This document shows positions 27,787-38,531 of a stretch of 64,000 nucleotides of DNA, piece by piece. How positions within the stretch are numbered: the first letter of the stretch is position 1; every line of letters begins with the position of its first letter. Source of the stretch: Lingula anatina (Eukaryota; Animalia; Brachiopoda); the NCBI GenBank assembly GCA_051362555.1, contig CM120641.1:32742401-32806400 (forward strand). The letters are read 5' to 3'. A model generated the notes under the pieces. The model was not told where the DNA came from. It searched no databases and worked only from the letters and a program-made list of their open reading frames with translations. A program made the position numbers and the translations under genes.

Positions 27787-27799
27787 TGGTGGAGGTACC
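27787..27799 (+). promoter_or_regulatory. Primer binding site, tRNA-Ala type
   Basis: TGGTGGAGGTACC, 3 nt after the LTR, complementary to the ...CCUCCACCA 3' end typical of tRNA-Ala. Confidence 0.75.
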
Positions 27800-27845
27800 A
27801 AACTTTTAATAACATTGTTTAAAAGGAAGATCCCAGACTTTCACA

Positions 27846-29216
27846 ATGAAAAAATATTCTCCTAAAGAAACACGAAGTTATACATCAGCTGCCAGAAAAA
27901 TGGAAAGAGACATCATAAAAGATAAATTGAGAACTATCAATGAAGATGTCGGAGAGAATGAAAATGATAAAAATCCAGAAAGCACAAAGGCAGCAAAATT
28001 AATACCAGATGCTATGATGTCGCCAATTTACACGAGTTCAGTAACTATAACACCAAGCAGACAGCATTCTCCACTGCAAGCTACTGGTATCAGCAAACCA
28101 ACTGCAGTGATGGAAAACTACACCATGATTCCGAGTGTACGTCCAAAGGCAATGAGTACAGAGAGCCAGCAGTTCCCATGGCATCCAAGTGATCAAGGAA
28201 CCTCTATGCGGGCAAATGTTCATCAGACCCCAGAAGTAACAACAGCTACGAGACATTTTCCACCTTATGACAATCTCCTAACCACAACAGCAAGTCGAGA
28301 AGTTCCCCATACATCATCAGATAGCCAGTCAACGAATAGAGAGCAACAGGTAAACAATTCTGTTGTTATTACAATTCCTCAACATGTAAGCCCACTGCCA
28401 TTTCAAGGAGAAAGTTGTGAAAATGGAAGGGAATGGATAGAGAAGTACATTCAATATTGTACACTAATGAAATATTCAAATGAACAGAAAGTGTCACTTT
28501 TTCAATTTTTTATGACTGGAAAAGCAAGACAATGGTTTCTATCTTTGGAAGACAATGTGAAAAATAATTTTGATTCTTTAGTAACACATTTCAAACAGAG
28601 ATATGGTGAAAATAATCTATCTATCAGAGCCAAAATGGTTCATTTATTTTCTTTGAAGCAAAATTGTGAAAATGTACAAGACTACATTGCAAAAATGATA
28701 AATCTAGGGAAAGACACAAATCTTCCCGAAGAACATCTCAAAATGGCTATCATAAATGGTTTAGATAGTAGCATTAAAACAATAGTGGTGCAGCAAAATC
28801 CAAGATCAATTAATGACTTGATAAAATCTTCAGTCTTAGCAGAAAATGCTGTCAAGGAAAATAACTCAGCTACTGTAAGTGCACTTGAGCACAGCATTGA
28901 GAAAGTAGTAGAGAATAGTTTACATAAAATGATTGACATGTTTCAAAACTTGAAGTGTGAAAATGCAGAGGTTAGTGTTGCAAATGGCACAGACAAATCT
29001 AATTCGCAACAAGTTTACTTTCAGACGGGAGGAAGAACATATAACCCTCCGAACAGAAATTCTAGGCCATGGCAGAGCTGGCGCAGAAGAGAAGCAAGAT
29101 GCAGTTATTGTGGTGAGTACCATCCTCCAAACAAATGTAGAGCTAAAAACAAACAATGTTTTAATTGTAGGAAAATGGGTCATTTTGCAGTGGTTTGCCG
29201 ATCTGTTAAACAATAG
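27846..29216 (+). CDS. gag: Gag (capsid-like region plus two C-terminal zinc knuckles)
   Basis: 456-aa ORF; retrotransposon gag motif FMTGKARQWF; CSYCGEYHPPNKC and CFNCRKMGHFAVVC. Confidence 0.93.
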   Translation: MKKYSPKETRSYTSAARKMERDIIKDKLRTINEDVGENENDKNPESTKAAKLIPDAMMSPIYTSSVTITPSRQHSPLQATGISKPTAVMENYTMIPSVRPKAMSTESQQFPWHPSDQGTSMRANVHQTPEVTTATRHFPPYDNLLTTTASREVPHTSSDSQSTNREQQVNNSVVITIPQHVSPLPFQGESCENGREWIEKYIQYCTLMKYSNEQKVSLFQFFMTGKARQWFLSLEDNVKNNFDSLVTHFKQRYGENNLSIRAKMVHLFSLKQNCENVQDYIAKMINLGKDTNLPEEHLKMAIINGLDSSIKTIVVQQNPRSINDLIKSSVLAENAVKENNSATVSALEHSIEKVVENSLHKMIDMFQNLKCENAEVSVANGTDKSNSQQVYFQTGGRTYNPPNRNSRPWQSWRRREARCSYCGEYHPPNKCRAKNKQCFNCRKMGHFAVVCRSVKQ

Positions 29217-32200
29217 GGGTACGGGCACAATGTGAAATCTTCAATCTCTGATCAAAATGTGGACATGAGTGAAATTTTTTCTGAAGATCCCCAAAACAAC
29301 AATTTAATTCAGGTTTTTATTGGCAAAAATTCAGTTTTATCCTTAGTTGATACAGGAGCAAGTATATCCTGTATATCCAAGAAGACATTTGAAAGAATAG
29401 ATTCAGAATTCAAAAGTTCTATGCAAAGTTCAAAAATCAAAAGTATATCTGGTGTAGGAGGTCAAAAATATAACACCTTAGGTCAAACCCTTTTGAAACT
29501 GAAGATTGGGTGTCAAACATTTTCTCATATTTTTCATGTTTTTGAAAATTTACCTAGAGGAATCATTTTGGGTTTAGATTTTTTGAAAACAAATGGAGCC
29601 ATCATTGACTTGAATGATAATTCTCTGTATTTTCAAGGAAACAGAAATAAACATACTTTGCAAAAACCTAATTATATTGGTTTAGTAAGAACATCTAGCA
29701 AGGTAGTTCTGGAACCTAGATCCGAAACTATTATTCCAGTCAGGGTGGCAAGAATCAATAGAATCAAAAATAGCTGTTTGTTAGTAGAACCTACTAATAA
29801 CAAATTTATGTTGGCAAAGTCAGTTTTACAACCAAAGAAGGGTTCAACAGTATGTAGAATTTACAATCCAACAGAGAGATCCATTGTTATTCCCAAAAAT
29901 AAGGTTTTAGCCAAAGCGACTGCAGTAGAACATGAGAAAATTTATAGTTTAGAGAACAAAGCAAGTATTGATATGAATATCTCAGGAGATGATACTAGTG
30001 TAGTTAAGGATAAACAATCTCAGAATGTTTATGCTAATGAAGTAGTGAAGAACATGGGAATTGACCTTTCATCATCTGATGTGACGGAGACTCAGAGAAT
30101 TGTTTTGACAAAGTTCTTAGCACAAAATAGAGATGTTTTTGCATTGTCTTTGGAAGAATTAGGAGAGGTTAAAATTTCAGGTCATGTTATCGAAACTGGA
30201 AATGCAATACCTCAAAGACAAGCTCATTATAGGCAGACACCAGCTAACAGAGCTGAGATAGAAAGACAAACGGATGAAATGTTGAAGTATGGAATCATAG
30301 AAGAATCTAGTAGTCCATGGGCAAGTCCAGTAGTCTTAGTAAAAAAGAAAGATGGTACATTAAGATTTGCTATAGACTATCGTAGACTTAACAGTGTTAC
30401 TCAGCCTATTCATTTTCCATTACCAAGATTGTCTGATATTTTTGACACTGTAGGAGAAAGTGAAAGTAGGTATTTTTCTTCATTGGACTGTGCGAGTGGT
30501 TATTGGCAAATTCCGTTAGATCCAGAATCTCAACCTAAGACAGCTTTTGTTACTCATCATGGGCATTTTCAATTTAAACGTTTAGCTTTCGGCCTTCGAA
30601 ATGCCGGTGCGACATATCAGTCTGTTATGGCAAGAATTCTCAAAGATTTGAATTGGAAATGTGCTTTGACATACATAGATGACATACTAGTTTTTAGTAA
30701 GACTTTTGAGGAACACCTAGAACATCTTGAGTTGATATTTCAGAGATTGAGAGAGGCAAACATGACTTTAAAACCAAACAAATGTAAATTTGTCACAGAA
30801 AGAATTAAATTTTTGGGACATGTTATTTCCAAAAATGGCATAGAAGTTGATATGTCAAAGGTTGAGGCAGTGAAGAAAATTCAAAAACCAAAAAATCAAA
30901 AAGAAATGAAAAGTTTTCTTGGAATGGCCAATTATTACAGAAGATTTGTTAGAGATTATGCTAAAATAGCATTTCCTCTATGTAGATTAACAAGAGATTC
31001 AGAAAAATTTGAGTGGACTGAGGAAACAAATAAAGCCTTTAATGAGTTAAAGGACCAGTTAGTGAAAGCTCCAATTTTAGCTTTTCCAAATATGAATAAG
31101 TCTTTCAAGTTGACTACTGATGCATCTGATTTTGCGATTGGTTACATGTTGAGTCAGATTGGTGATGACAATAGAGAGCATGCAATTGCATACGGTGGAA
31201 GAGTTTTAAGAAGTTCAGAAAAGAATTACTCCACGTCAGAAAAGGAATGTCTTGCACTGGTTGAGGGTGTAAAGGAATTTAGACAATTTTTGCAAACAAA
31301 TCACTTTACTGTAGTGACAGACCACAAACCATTAGAATGGCTCAAATCAAAAAGGTCTACAAATCAGAAATTAGAGAGATGGTCGCTGCAATTGCAGGAT
31401 TTAGATTTTGACATTGTTTACAAGAAAGGTCGGTTGAATCCAACAGATTGTTTGTCTAGACAGAAATATAATGATGAAAATGAGGTCAGTGAAGACCACA
31501 GTCAGGAAACAAAAGCTGAGGAAGATATATCTGTGTACTCAATAACTGTTGAAAGTGAAGATTTGGTTAAGGCACAAAAGAATTCAGTGGATTTAGATGT
31601 GATTTTCAAGGTTCTAGCTTCTACAGAATTTCCATTGAATAAAAGTGAGCAATATCTGAAAGATAATTATTTCACAGATGAGTGTGGAATATTGTGTCAT
31701 CATTACCAAAGTAAACAAAAGAAAAGAGTAGGTGATTGTAGAGTTGTTGAACAAATAGTAATTCCTAAGGGAATGAGAAGTGAATTGTTGAAATTTTATC
31801 ATGATTCTAAAGTAGGTGGTTGTCATCAAGGGTTTCAAAGAACTTTAGAAAAGATTCGACTGAAGTATTTTTGGCCCACTGTTTACAAGGATGTCAAACA
31901 TTACGTAAAATCCTGTGAAGTTTGTCAAAGGTCAAAAAGAAAATATCACCATCATCCAGCTCCATTGCAACCATTACCTATCAATGATGTTTTCCATACA
32001 TGGCATATGGACATTTTAGGGCCACTACCAGAGACAAATGAGAGATATAAATATATTTTGTTAGTGGTAGAGTCATTTTCTCGTTGGCCAGAGGCATTTC
32101 CATTGAAAACTCAAGAGGCTTCTGAAATTGCAGAAATATTGTATTCTCAAGTCTTTACTCGATATGGGGCACCAAAGGTTTTAGTTTCAGATAGAGGTGC

Positions 32201-33182
32201 AAATTTTAGGTCAAAGTTGGTTAAAGCTTTGTGTGACATCTATCAGATAGAAAGAGTGTGTACTTCTGCATATCATCCACAAAGTAACAGTGTGTGTGAG
32301 AGAATGAACAGTTTCATTAGCCAAGCTTTGAGATCAATCTGTGCGAAAAATCAAAAAGATTGGGCATCTTTACTTCCTTCAGTGATGATGGCATACAGAT
32401 CAACACCATCAACTGCCACTGGTTATTCACCTTTTCATATATTGTTTGGAATGGAAATGGAGACTCCTTTTGATAGGATAGTTAAGCCAGAGAAAGATAT
32501 AACATCATCTTTACAGACCTTTGTAAAGGAGAAACTTTCTGAATTAGAAACAGGGAGGCAAGCAGCCATGTTATTGAAAAAAGAGTCTCAACACAAAGAT
32601 TGCAAAAATTATAATAAAAATGCAGAATTCCCAGTTTTCAAAGAAACAGACATGGTTTGGTTAAAAAATCACCAAGTAAAGAAAGGTATGAGTCCCAAAC
32701 TTACAGAAAAATATAGTGGACCATATTACATAGCCAAATGTGTAGGAAGGGCTACATATTTACTACGAGAATGTGAGAGTAACAAACAACTAAGGTCTCC
32801 TGTGCATGCCAACAGGTTAAAACCTTACGTAGATCCTGTTATTAGGGAATCTTTAAAAGAAAAGAGTGTGGGAAATGATAAAAATGAACAAAACGTCTCT
32901 GAGGAATTAATTCAGGACAATGAGGATAGTTCAGTTGAAAATAGAAGTCAAATAGATGTTGATAAACAACCCCAAGAAAGTAAAGAACGCTATGATGAAG
33001 CAGAAAAAATCATCAAATGTGTTAATTACAGGGGTACAAAGTGGTATAGAATTAAATGGAAATACCTTAAAAAATCTGATTGGGTTACTGCAGATAGGGT
33101 ACCTTCCATTTTAATCAGAGAGTTTCATGCAAATAAAACAATGAAAGGGAGAAAGAAAAAGAAGTCAGTAGTAGCTACTTAA
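29217..33182 (+). CDS. pol: Pol polyprotein: protease, reverse transcriptase, RNase H, integrase, chromodomain-like tail
   Basis: LVDTGAS (PR), SPWASPVVLV/YIDDILVFS (RT), TTDASDFAIG (RNH), H-H-C-C and D,D,E (MDILG, SDRG, ERMN), GPY module; frame open from the gag stop onward. Confidence 0.96.
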   Translation, partial: GYGHNVKSSISDQNVDMSEIFSEDPQNNNLIQVFIGKNSVLSLVDTGASISCISKKTFERIDSEFKSSMQSSKIKSISGVGGQKYNTLGQTLLKLKIGCQTFSHIFHVFENLPRGIILGLDFLKTNGAIIDLNDNSLYFQGNRNKHTLQKPNYIGLVRTSSKVVLEPRSETIIPVRVARINRIKNSCLLVEPTNNKFMLAKSVLQPKKGSTVCRIYNPTERSIVIPKNKVLAKATAVEHEKIYSLENKASIDMNISGDDTSVVKDKQSQNVYANEVVKNMGIDLSSSDVTETQRIVLTKFLAQNRDVFALSLEELGEVKISGHVIETGNAIPQRQAHYRQTPANRAEIERQTDEMLKYGIIEESSSPWASPVVLVKKKDGTLRFAIDYRRLNSVTQPIHFPLPRLSDIFDTVGESESRYFSSLDCASGYWQIPLDPESQPKTAFVTHHGHFQFKRLAFGLRNAGATYQSVMARILKDLNWKCALTYIDDILVFSKTFEEHLEHLELIFQRLREANMTLKPNKCKFVTERIKFLGHVISKNGIEVDMSKVEAVKKIQKPKNQKEMKSFLGMANYYRRFVRDYAKIAFPLCRLTRDSEKFEWTEETNKAFNELKDQLVKAPILAFPNMNKSFKLTTDASDFAIGYMLSQIGDDNREHAIAYGGRVLRSSEKNYSTSEKECLALVEGVKEFRQFLQTNHFTVVTDHKPLEWLKSKRSTNQKLERWSLQLQDLDFDIVYKKGRLNPTDCLSRQKYNDENEVSEDHSQETKAEEDISVYSITVESEDLVKAQKNSVDLDVIFKVLASTEFPLNKSEQYLKDNYFTDECGILCHHYQSKQKKRVGDCRVVEQIVIPKGMRSELLKFYHDSKVGGCHQGFQRTLEKIRLKYFWPTVYKDVKHYVKSCEVCQRSKRKYHHHPAPLQPLPINDVFHTWHMDILGPLPETNERYKYILLVVESFSRWPEAFPLKTQEASEIAEILYSQVFTRYGAPKVLVSDRGANFRSKLVKALCDIYQIERVCTSAYHPQSNSVCERMNSFISQALRSICAKNQKDWASLLPSVMMAYRSTPSTATGYSPFHILFGMEMETPFDRIVKPEKDITSSLQTFVKEKLSELETGRQAAMLLKKESQHKDCKNYNKNAEFPVFKETDMVWLKNHQVKKGMSPKLTEKYSGPYYIAKCVGRATYLLRECESNKQLRSPVHANRLKPYVDPVIRESLKEKSVGNDKNEQNVSEELIQDNEDSSVENRSQIDVDKQPQESKERYDEAEKIIKCVNYRGTKWYRIKWKYLKKSDWVTADRVPSILIREFHANKTMKGRKKKKSVVAT

Positions 33183-33712
33183 TTAAAACATCTATTATTA
33201 TTGTTAGGAGGATATCTATTTTTTCTGGATTGAAATAACGTTAACCTTATTTTTAGCTGGTCTAGATAAGGAGTAGATCTGGATTAAATATTTGTTTTCT
33301 TGATATTATAAAGATGTGGAGATACAATTGAAACTCAAGTGGATAAAGTGGATCGTGGGATTCACTATGTCACATTAATTTAGAGAATTTTTAGCCAATG
33401 ATTCACAAATAAGTTTAAGGCTTGGTACATTGGCAGAGGCAAGGGAAAAGAAACACATTATTTTTAAGTCTTTGAGTGAATTTTTATTAACAGGAGATAT
33501 TGAATTACCAGAGGTAATAACTTTAATGAAACTTTAACCTACATAGCTTTAATTATGGAAAGAATGACAATTTTGTTTTCATAAGCAGTAGGTTACGAAG
33601 TGAAAGTTTTATCAACAACTGTACTTGCAATTCAAAAGGTCAAAGCAAATCCATGTTTTGTTTTTACTAATGCCAACATCAACTTGGTTTGAATGGAATA
33701 AAATAGTTGAAC

Positions 33713-33835
33713 ATGAAAAGCTTGTCAATTATAGCATCATGCATTGTTATTATTTTACTTATTGCCATCTTGATTGGGGTATGTAAAAGGAAGAAAAGTT
33801 CAAAGAATTGTCTTGCTATTGAATTGACTATATAA
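33713..33835 (+). CDS. Putative 40-aa small transmembrane accessory ORF of the retrotransposon (env position)
   Basis: MKSLSIIASCIVIILLIAILIGVCKRKKSSKNCLAIELTI*: about 20-residue hydrophobic helix, juxtamembrane Cys, KRKK; below the ORF-track cutoff. Confidence 0.5.
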   Translation: MKSLSIIASCIVIILLIAILIGVCKRKKSSKNCLAIELTI

Positions 33836-35120
33836 GAGCAGTTTATAATTTTGCCCATTATCAATTTCTGGTTTATCATTGAATAAATATTTTTTTTAAG
33901 GGAGGAGAGAAATTAGCATTGTGCCAAAATTAGATTGTTTTTGTGTAAATAAACAAAAGGAGGATGGTTTACTCAAATACTTGCTTCATCTGCACTTGTT
34001 TTGTTATGCCTAGCTTTTGTTTGTAATAAATATATATTACATTTAGTCAAATTTAATTGTGCCATATTGTTTTGTTTAATGTCATGTTAAGGAATTAAGT
34101 AGATTTAGTATTTTTTTTAACTTTCTATATAATTTTTTTATTTAACTATTAAACAATGTTTATAACAAGTAATGAATTATAAATTTATTATTCAGTTTAA
34201 ATAGAACTTAATGAGCTTATCAATGTTATAACTAACATTATTCTTTATTTACCCACATATTTTTGCATGTATTTTCACTTGTATATATATATAATTTTCA
34301 TTTTTTTTTTTTTTGGTTTGTTTGTAACAGGAATCATAAAAATGTTATTGAAATGGGAAGTGAGTATTATTAGTTGAAGAGTAAATATCCTTGATCAGTA
34401 ACGGATAATATATATTAAATGGTACAATTTAACAGAATGAACTGAAGATACTTAAGTGTTACTAATAAATTGAGTAGTTTAAATGAAAGTTTTATTGTAT
34501 GATACTGATATGGATATATAAGTAAGCAAATGATTAACATTTTTTATTAAGTGAAAATGTTATGTTGCTTCATACTACATGAACATTAAATGATTATTTG
34601 TGCTGAAATATTGACTGAATGGCAACTTATTAATATAAACAATATATATATATGTATGCTTAAACATATTTTAATGGATTATAAATTTTATCTTAAAATA
34701 AGATAATGATTACAAGATGGAAGTAATCATAATTGATTAAATAGTGTTAATATTTTTAGAGATATGTATTAAAGGACTGAAGGAGTATTAATTAGAAGTA
34801 CATAGCCAATTAATACAACTAAGATATGTTATGTTAATTTTTAGTATATTTGCTGGATGAGTATTATGTAATGTTACTTTATATTTTTTTATTAATCCAA
34901 TTTTTTTTTTTGTGTGTGTGTGCATATAACAGTAATGAGAAGTTTCATGTAAACAGAATATGATATGATTAAATAATGTTTGGGTATTTTTTTTTTAAAT
35001 TAAGTATGATTTTAAATAAATGGTTTAATTGTTATGATATAGAATTTTATTGGAAATAGATTATTAAATTTTAATTGTGAAAGTTTTGAGGCGCAAAACT
35101 TATTTGAGCAGGAGATTAAT

Positions 35121-35412
35121 TATGATAAGGTTATTTAGGTGTAAAGCTGAGGGACTGTGGAAGTATTCTATTCACACATACTTGAATGAAGTCAAAAATT
35201 GAAGATGTGCTGGCATGCATTAGGTGTGTGTGAAAGTTATCTTCCAGAGTTTCTCAGTTGAAAGTCAAAGAAATAAACATGAAACAATGTTATTTTGACT
35301 AGTAATCTGTAATAAAAATCTAAGTGAAATTCAATAAAGCAACTATTCTGATTTTGGAACTGGACGGTATTTGAGTTATCTCTTATAACTACTCCGACAT
35401 CGCGCATTGATA
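35121..35412 (+). repeat. 3' LTR (292 bp)
   Basis: Identical by eye to the 5' LTR; preceded by a short purine-rich GAGCAGGAGA tract. Confidence 0.95.
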
Positions 35413-36038
35413 CATGTAAAATCTATTCTCTGAAAATCTATTTGGGCTATCTTGTGACCACGGTCTGTGCATTAAATACCCCGCGGCGTAATTACTGGCA
35501 GCGCCGAGAATTAATTACAGCTTTGGAAGTAACTGTCTCGTGCTGCCCGTAATTATGTCGGGGGATATTCAGGGCACAGACCGTGATCACAAGATACCGC
35601 AATAGATTTTTAGAAAATAGATTTTTCATGTGAACGCAGCCTAAGAAAATTTGAATACCACTGGGCTTCATGCTTGTGGGAGTTCCAAGTCCCACGTTGA
35701 AAATGACAATATGTGAAAGATAAAAATTTCACAAAAATGTACAATTGGAATAGAAGCCAATTTGACTCATACCAACTTGGGCTGCATTTGAGTCCTATGT
35801 TGGAATTTCTTTTAAGGCCACTATAAAGGCAGCGCCCAAAGTAGGGTTTTCTTCAATTCTGATGCAAGATTACATAATGCTTAACACTATAATGACCATC
35901 ATTTAATAATTAGATAAAAGTATCATGGATATTCAGAAAATGTGACTAGCAAAGGTCTTCAAGCCCATGGAAGTTCAAAGTCACACCTTGAAAATGTCAA
36001 TATGTGAAAATGTCAAAAGAACACTTTCATGTATCTAA

Positions 36039-36263
36039 GGGTGTATTCCCAGAGATTTAGATCGATCCAGGGATTAAGATTTAGATCGACCTAACTCCCT
36101 GGGGGCTCACACTAAATTGCAGTCAGTCGAGCACGCACTATAGTTAATTACCCCCTTACAGCTTTCAGTAGGCGGGACAGACGCTTAAGCCGGCTAAGAT
36201 GACAGTAATCTAGTGAGACTCCCCACAGGGATAGATCGATCTAAAATCTATGGAAATGGGGTC
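36039..36263. mobile_element. About 230-bp Harbinger-like MITE family, copy 2
   Basis: TAA TSD; reverse complement of 60929-61154. Confidence 0.78.
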
Positions 36264-36551
36264 TAATTAGTTCAATAATGAGACTGTTAACCTGCCTAAG
36301 AAATAAATCTGAAGACAAACCACTTATAAAACAAAAAACAAGGCAGCAAAGCTGTCAAATGTACAGACAAAAAGCAGGAAATAACAAAATAGGCTACTGT
36401 CAATTCTGATGCAAAAGTACATTATGTTAAACTGCAAATTCAACATCAAATTCTAATTATGCTCAACAGGTAATACCAATGTAAGTAAAATGTGTAACAA
36501 ACATAAGGCTTCAGGCCCATGGGAGTTCAAGTTCACCCTTTGAAAATGTAA

Positions 36552-37547
36552 AACTTCCAGAAAAAGAAGTCAATTAGACTGCTTTTCCAACTCAGGCTGC
36601 ATTTTAGTCCTGTATTTCTTTTTTGAAAGTTTGGCAATCATAAGTAACATGGTTTTCCCATAATGGTCATCATGGCAGCAGCACCCAGATTGTGTTTTCT
36701 TCTATTCTGATGCAATATTACATAATGGTTACCAGCATAATGACAATCAATTTTTAATAATAAAATATACGTATCATGGATTTTCAGAAAATGTGACAAG
36801 CATGGGTCTTCAAGCCTGTGGAACTTCAAAGTCACACCTTGAAAATGCCAATATGTGAAAAATTAAAATTTCACAAAAAAATGTTTAACTGGCAGATTGC
36901 ATTGCCTACTGAAGCTATAATTTAGTCCCATGTTTCTTTCCTGTAAGTTTAAGAACAGTAAGTGACATGGTTTTTCTTAAATGGTCATCATGGGAGCAGT
37001 GCCCAAAATAGGTTTTTTTCAAATTTTGATGCAATATTACATACTGTTTAACAGCATAATGACCATCAATTTTTAATAATAAAATATTAGTATCATGGAT
37101 ATTCAGAAAATGTGACTAGCAAAGGTCTTCAGGCCCATGGAACTTCAAAGTCACAACTTGAAAATGCCAAAATGTAAACAAGACAGCACTGTTCTGAAAT
37201 GTTTTTTTTTTCCATTTTTAACATAAAACAAAATTAACAGTTTACTGCCATTTTTATATGATCAACTAAAAAAATTGATGAGATGGGAAAAATATCAATA
37301 GAGCAGTGTTAAATGTCCAATTTCTTCCATTCTGAGATTCTGAACATAGTGAATGATTGAATCTGACAAACTGCAATGATATGAGTTTATTTCCATTTTT
37401 GAAACTTTATTACACAATACACGATAACAAATTAACCATCATTTTTACAAAATCAACTAACAATGTTGTAAAGATGCAGGAAATGTCAAACAAACAATTT
37501 TAATATCTTATTAATTAAATAATGAAACTGTTAACATGCCTAAGAAT
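36552..37547 (+). repeat. About 1-kb direct repeat of 23222-24245
   Basis: Colinear high similarity from AACTTCCAGAAAAAGAA to CTGTTAACATGCCTAAGAAT. Confidence 0.85.
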
Positions 37548-38531
37548 ATAGTATTTTTGACCAGAAGTTGTCTGCCTCACCAAGCCTTGTGTTTTATTTT
37601 TCAGAGGTTCAAAATTTATTATACATTACCGTATTGCACATTTTGCTTTCACCACCACAATGTACTTTTTGATACAGCATAACTCAAAAACTGTCAGGAA
37701 ATAAAAAAAAAAACAGAGACCACCTGGGCTTGACATGCTCTACAAAATGCAAAAAAGAACAGGTCTCTAGCATTAACGGTTCCGGAATTAGAGACAGTTT
37801 TCAGTTTCGGTATCTTATGGCTGCTACTCCCGTGAAAATGCACCGAATAATCCCAAACTCACGGAGCCAACGGAGCCGGTGGAGCTGGATGAGACGGGTC
37901 GGGACTAAAACCATGAGTACCGCCAGCGTACACGCTGGTGGTACTAATAATCTGAAACCCATAGACAGAGATCATAACAAGAGCAAATAACTAGCAGAAC
38001 TGCTTTGTTTTAAGCAATTTTATTTACTGGTACATATTATTTTCAATCACTAACAGGTGCAAAGCAAAACAAAAAAAAATGTGAATTATCCATATCTTGA
38101 GTTGAAACTTTTTTTCAGTTAAAACTTTTTATTATACTGATGTAGCTTAAAGAGTGAAGGAAAATTTATGTTAGTGTTCTTCTTAAATCTGGCATCTTTA
38201 TTTTCTCCACTCAAATGGCTTGAAGTGTCAAAACAAATCATCAATGTCAATGGTGCACTAAAATGGTTCAAATGCCTCAATCTGTCTATTATATCTGCAA
38301 AAATGAAAAAGATATATAAATATATATATTTTCTCTTTTATAAAAAGAAAACAACTATAATAATAACATGTAGACATTCATAATAAAAAAAACTTACAAA
38401 AATTAACCTAAGGCTTACATTTCCACAATTTAATGCTCCACCAAACAAGTTAATTATTGACTTTACACAATTATAGAATGAATATCTTAATTTTGGTTAC
38501 ATTTTACTTATAAATGAATGAAGGTGCTTTC

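Larger units (their letters stand above)
27492..35412 (+). mobile_element. Full-length Ty3/Gypsy LTR retrotransposon
   Basis: Two 292-bp LTRs, 4-bp TSD CATG (27488-27491, 35413-35416), PBS, intact gag and pol in PR-RT-RNaseH-INT order. Confidence 0.97.
27477..35641. mobile_element. Harbinger-like foldback MITE split by the LTR retrotransposon (pieces 27477-27491 and 35413-35641)
   Basis: GGCTGCGTTCACATG...CATGTGAACGCAGCC termini with TAA TSD; intact relative at 51413-51670. Confidence 0.85.

Noticed and set aside
28038-31838. Antisense ORFs within gag/pol
   Set aside because: Short shadows of the sense coding frame with no independent motifs
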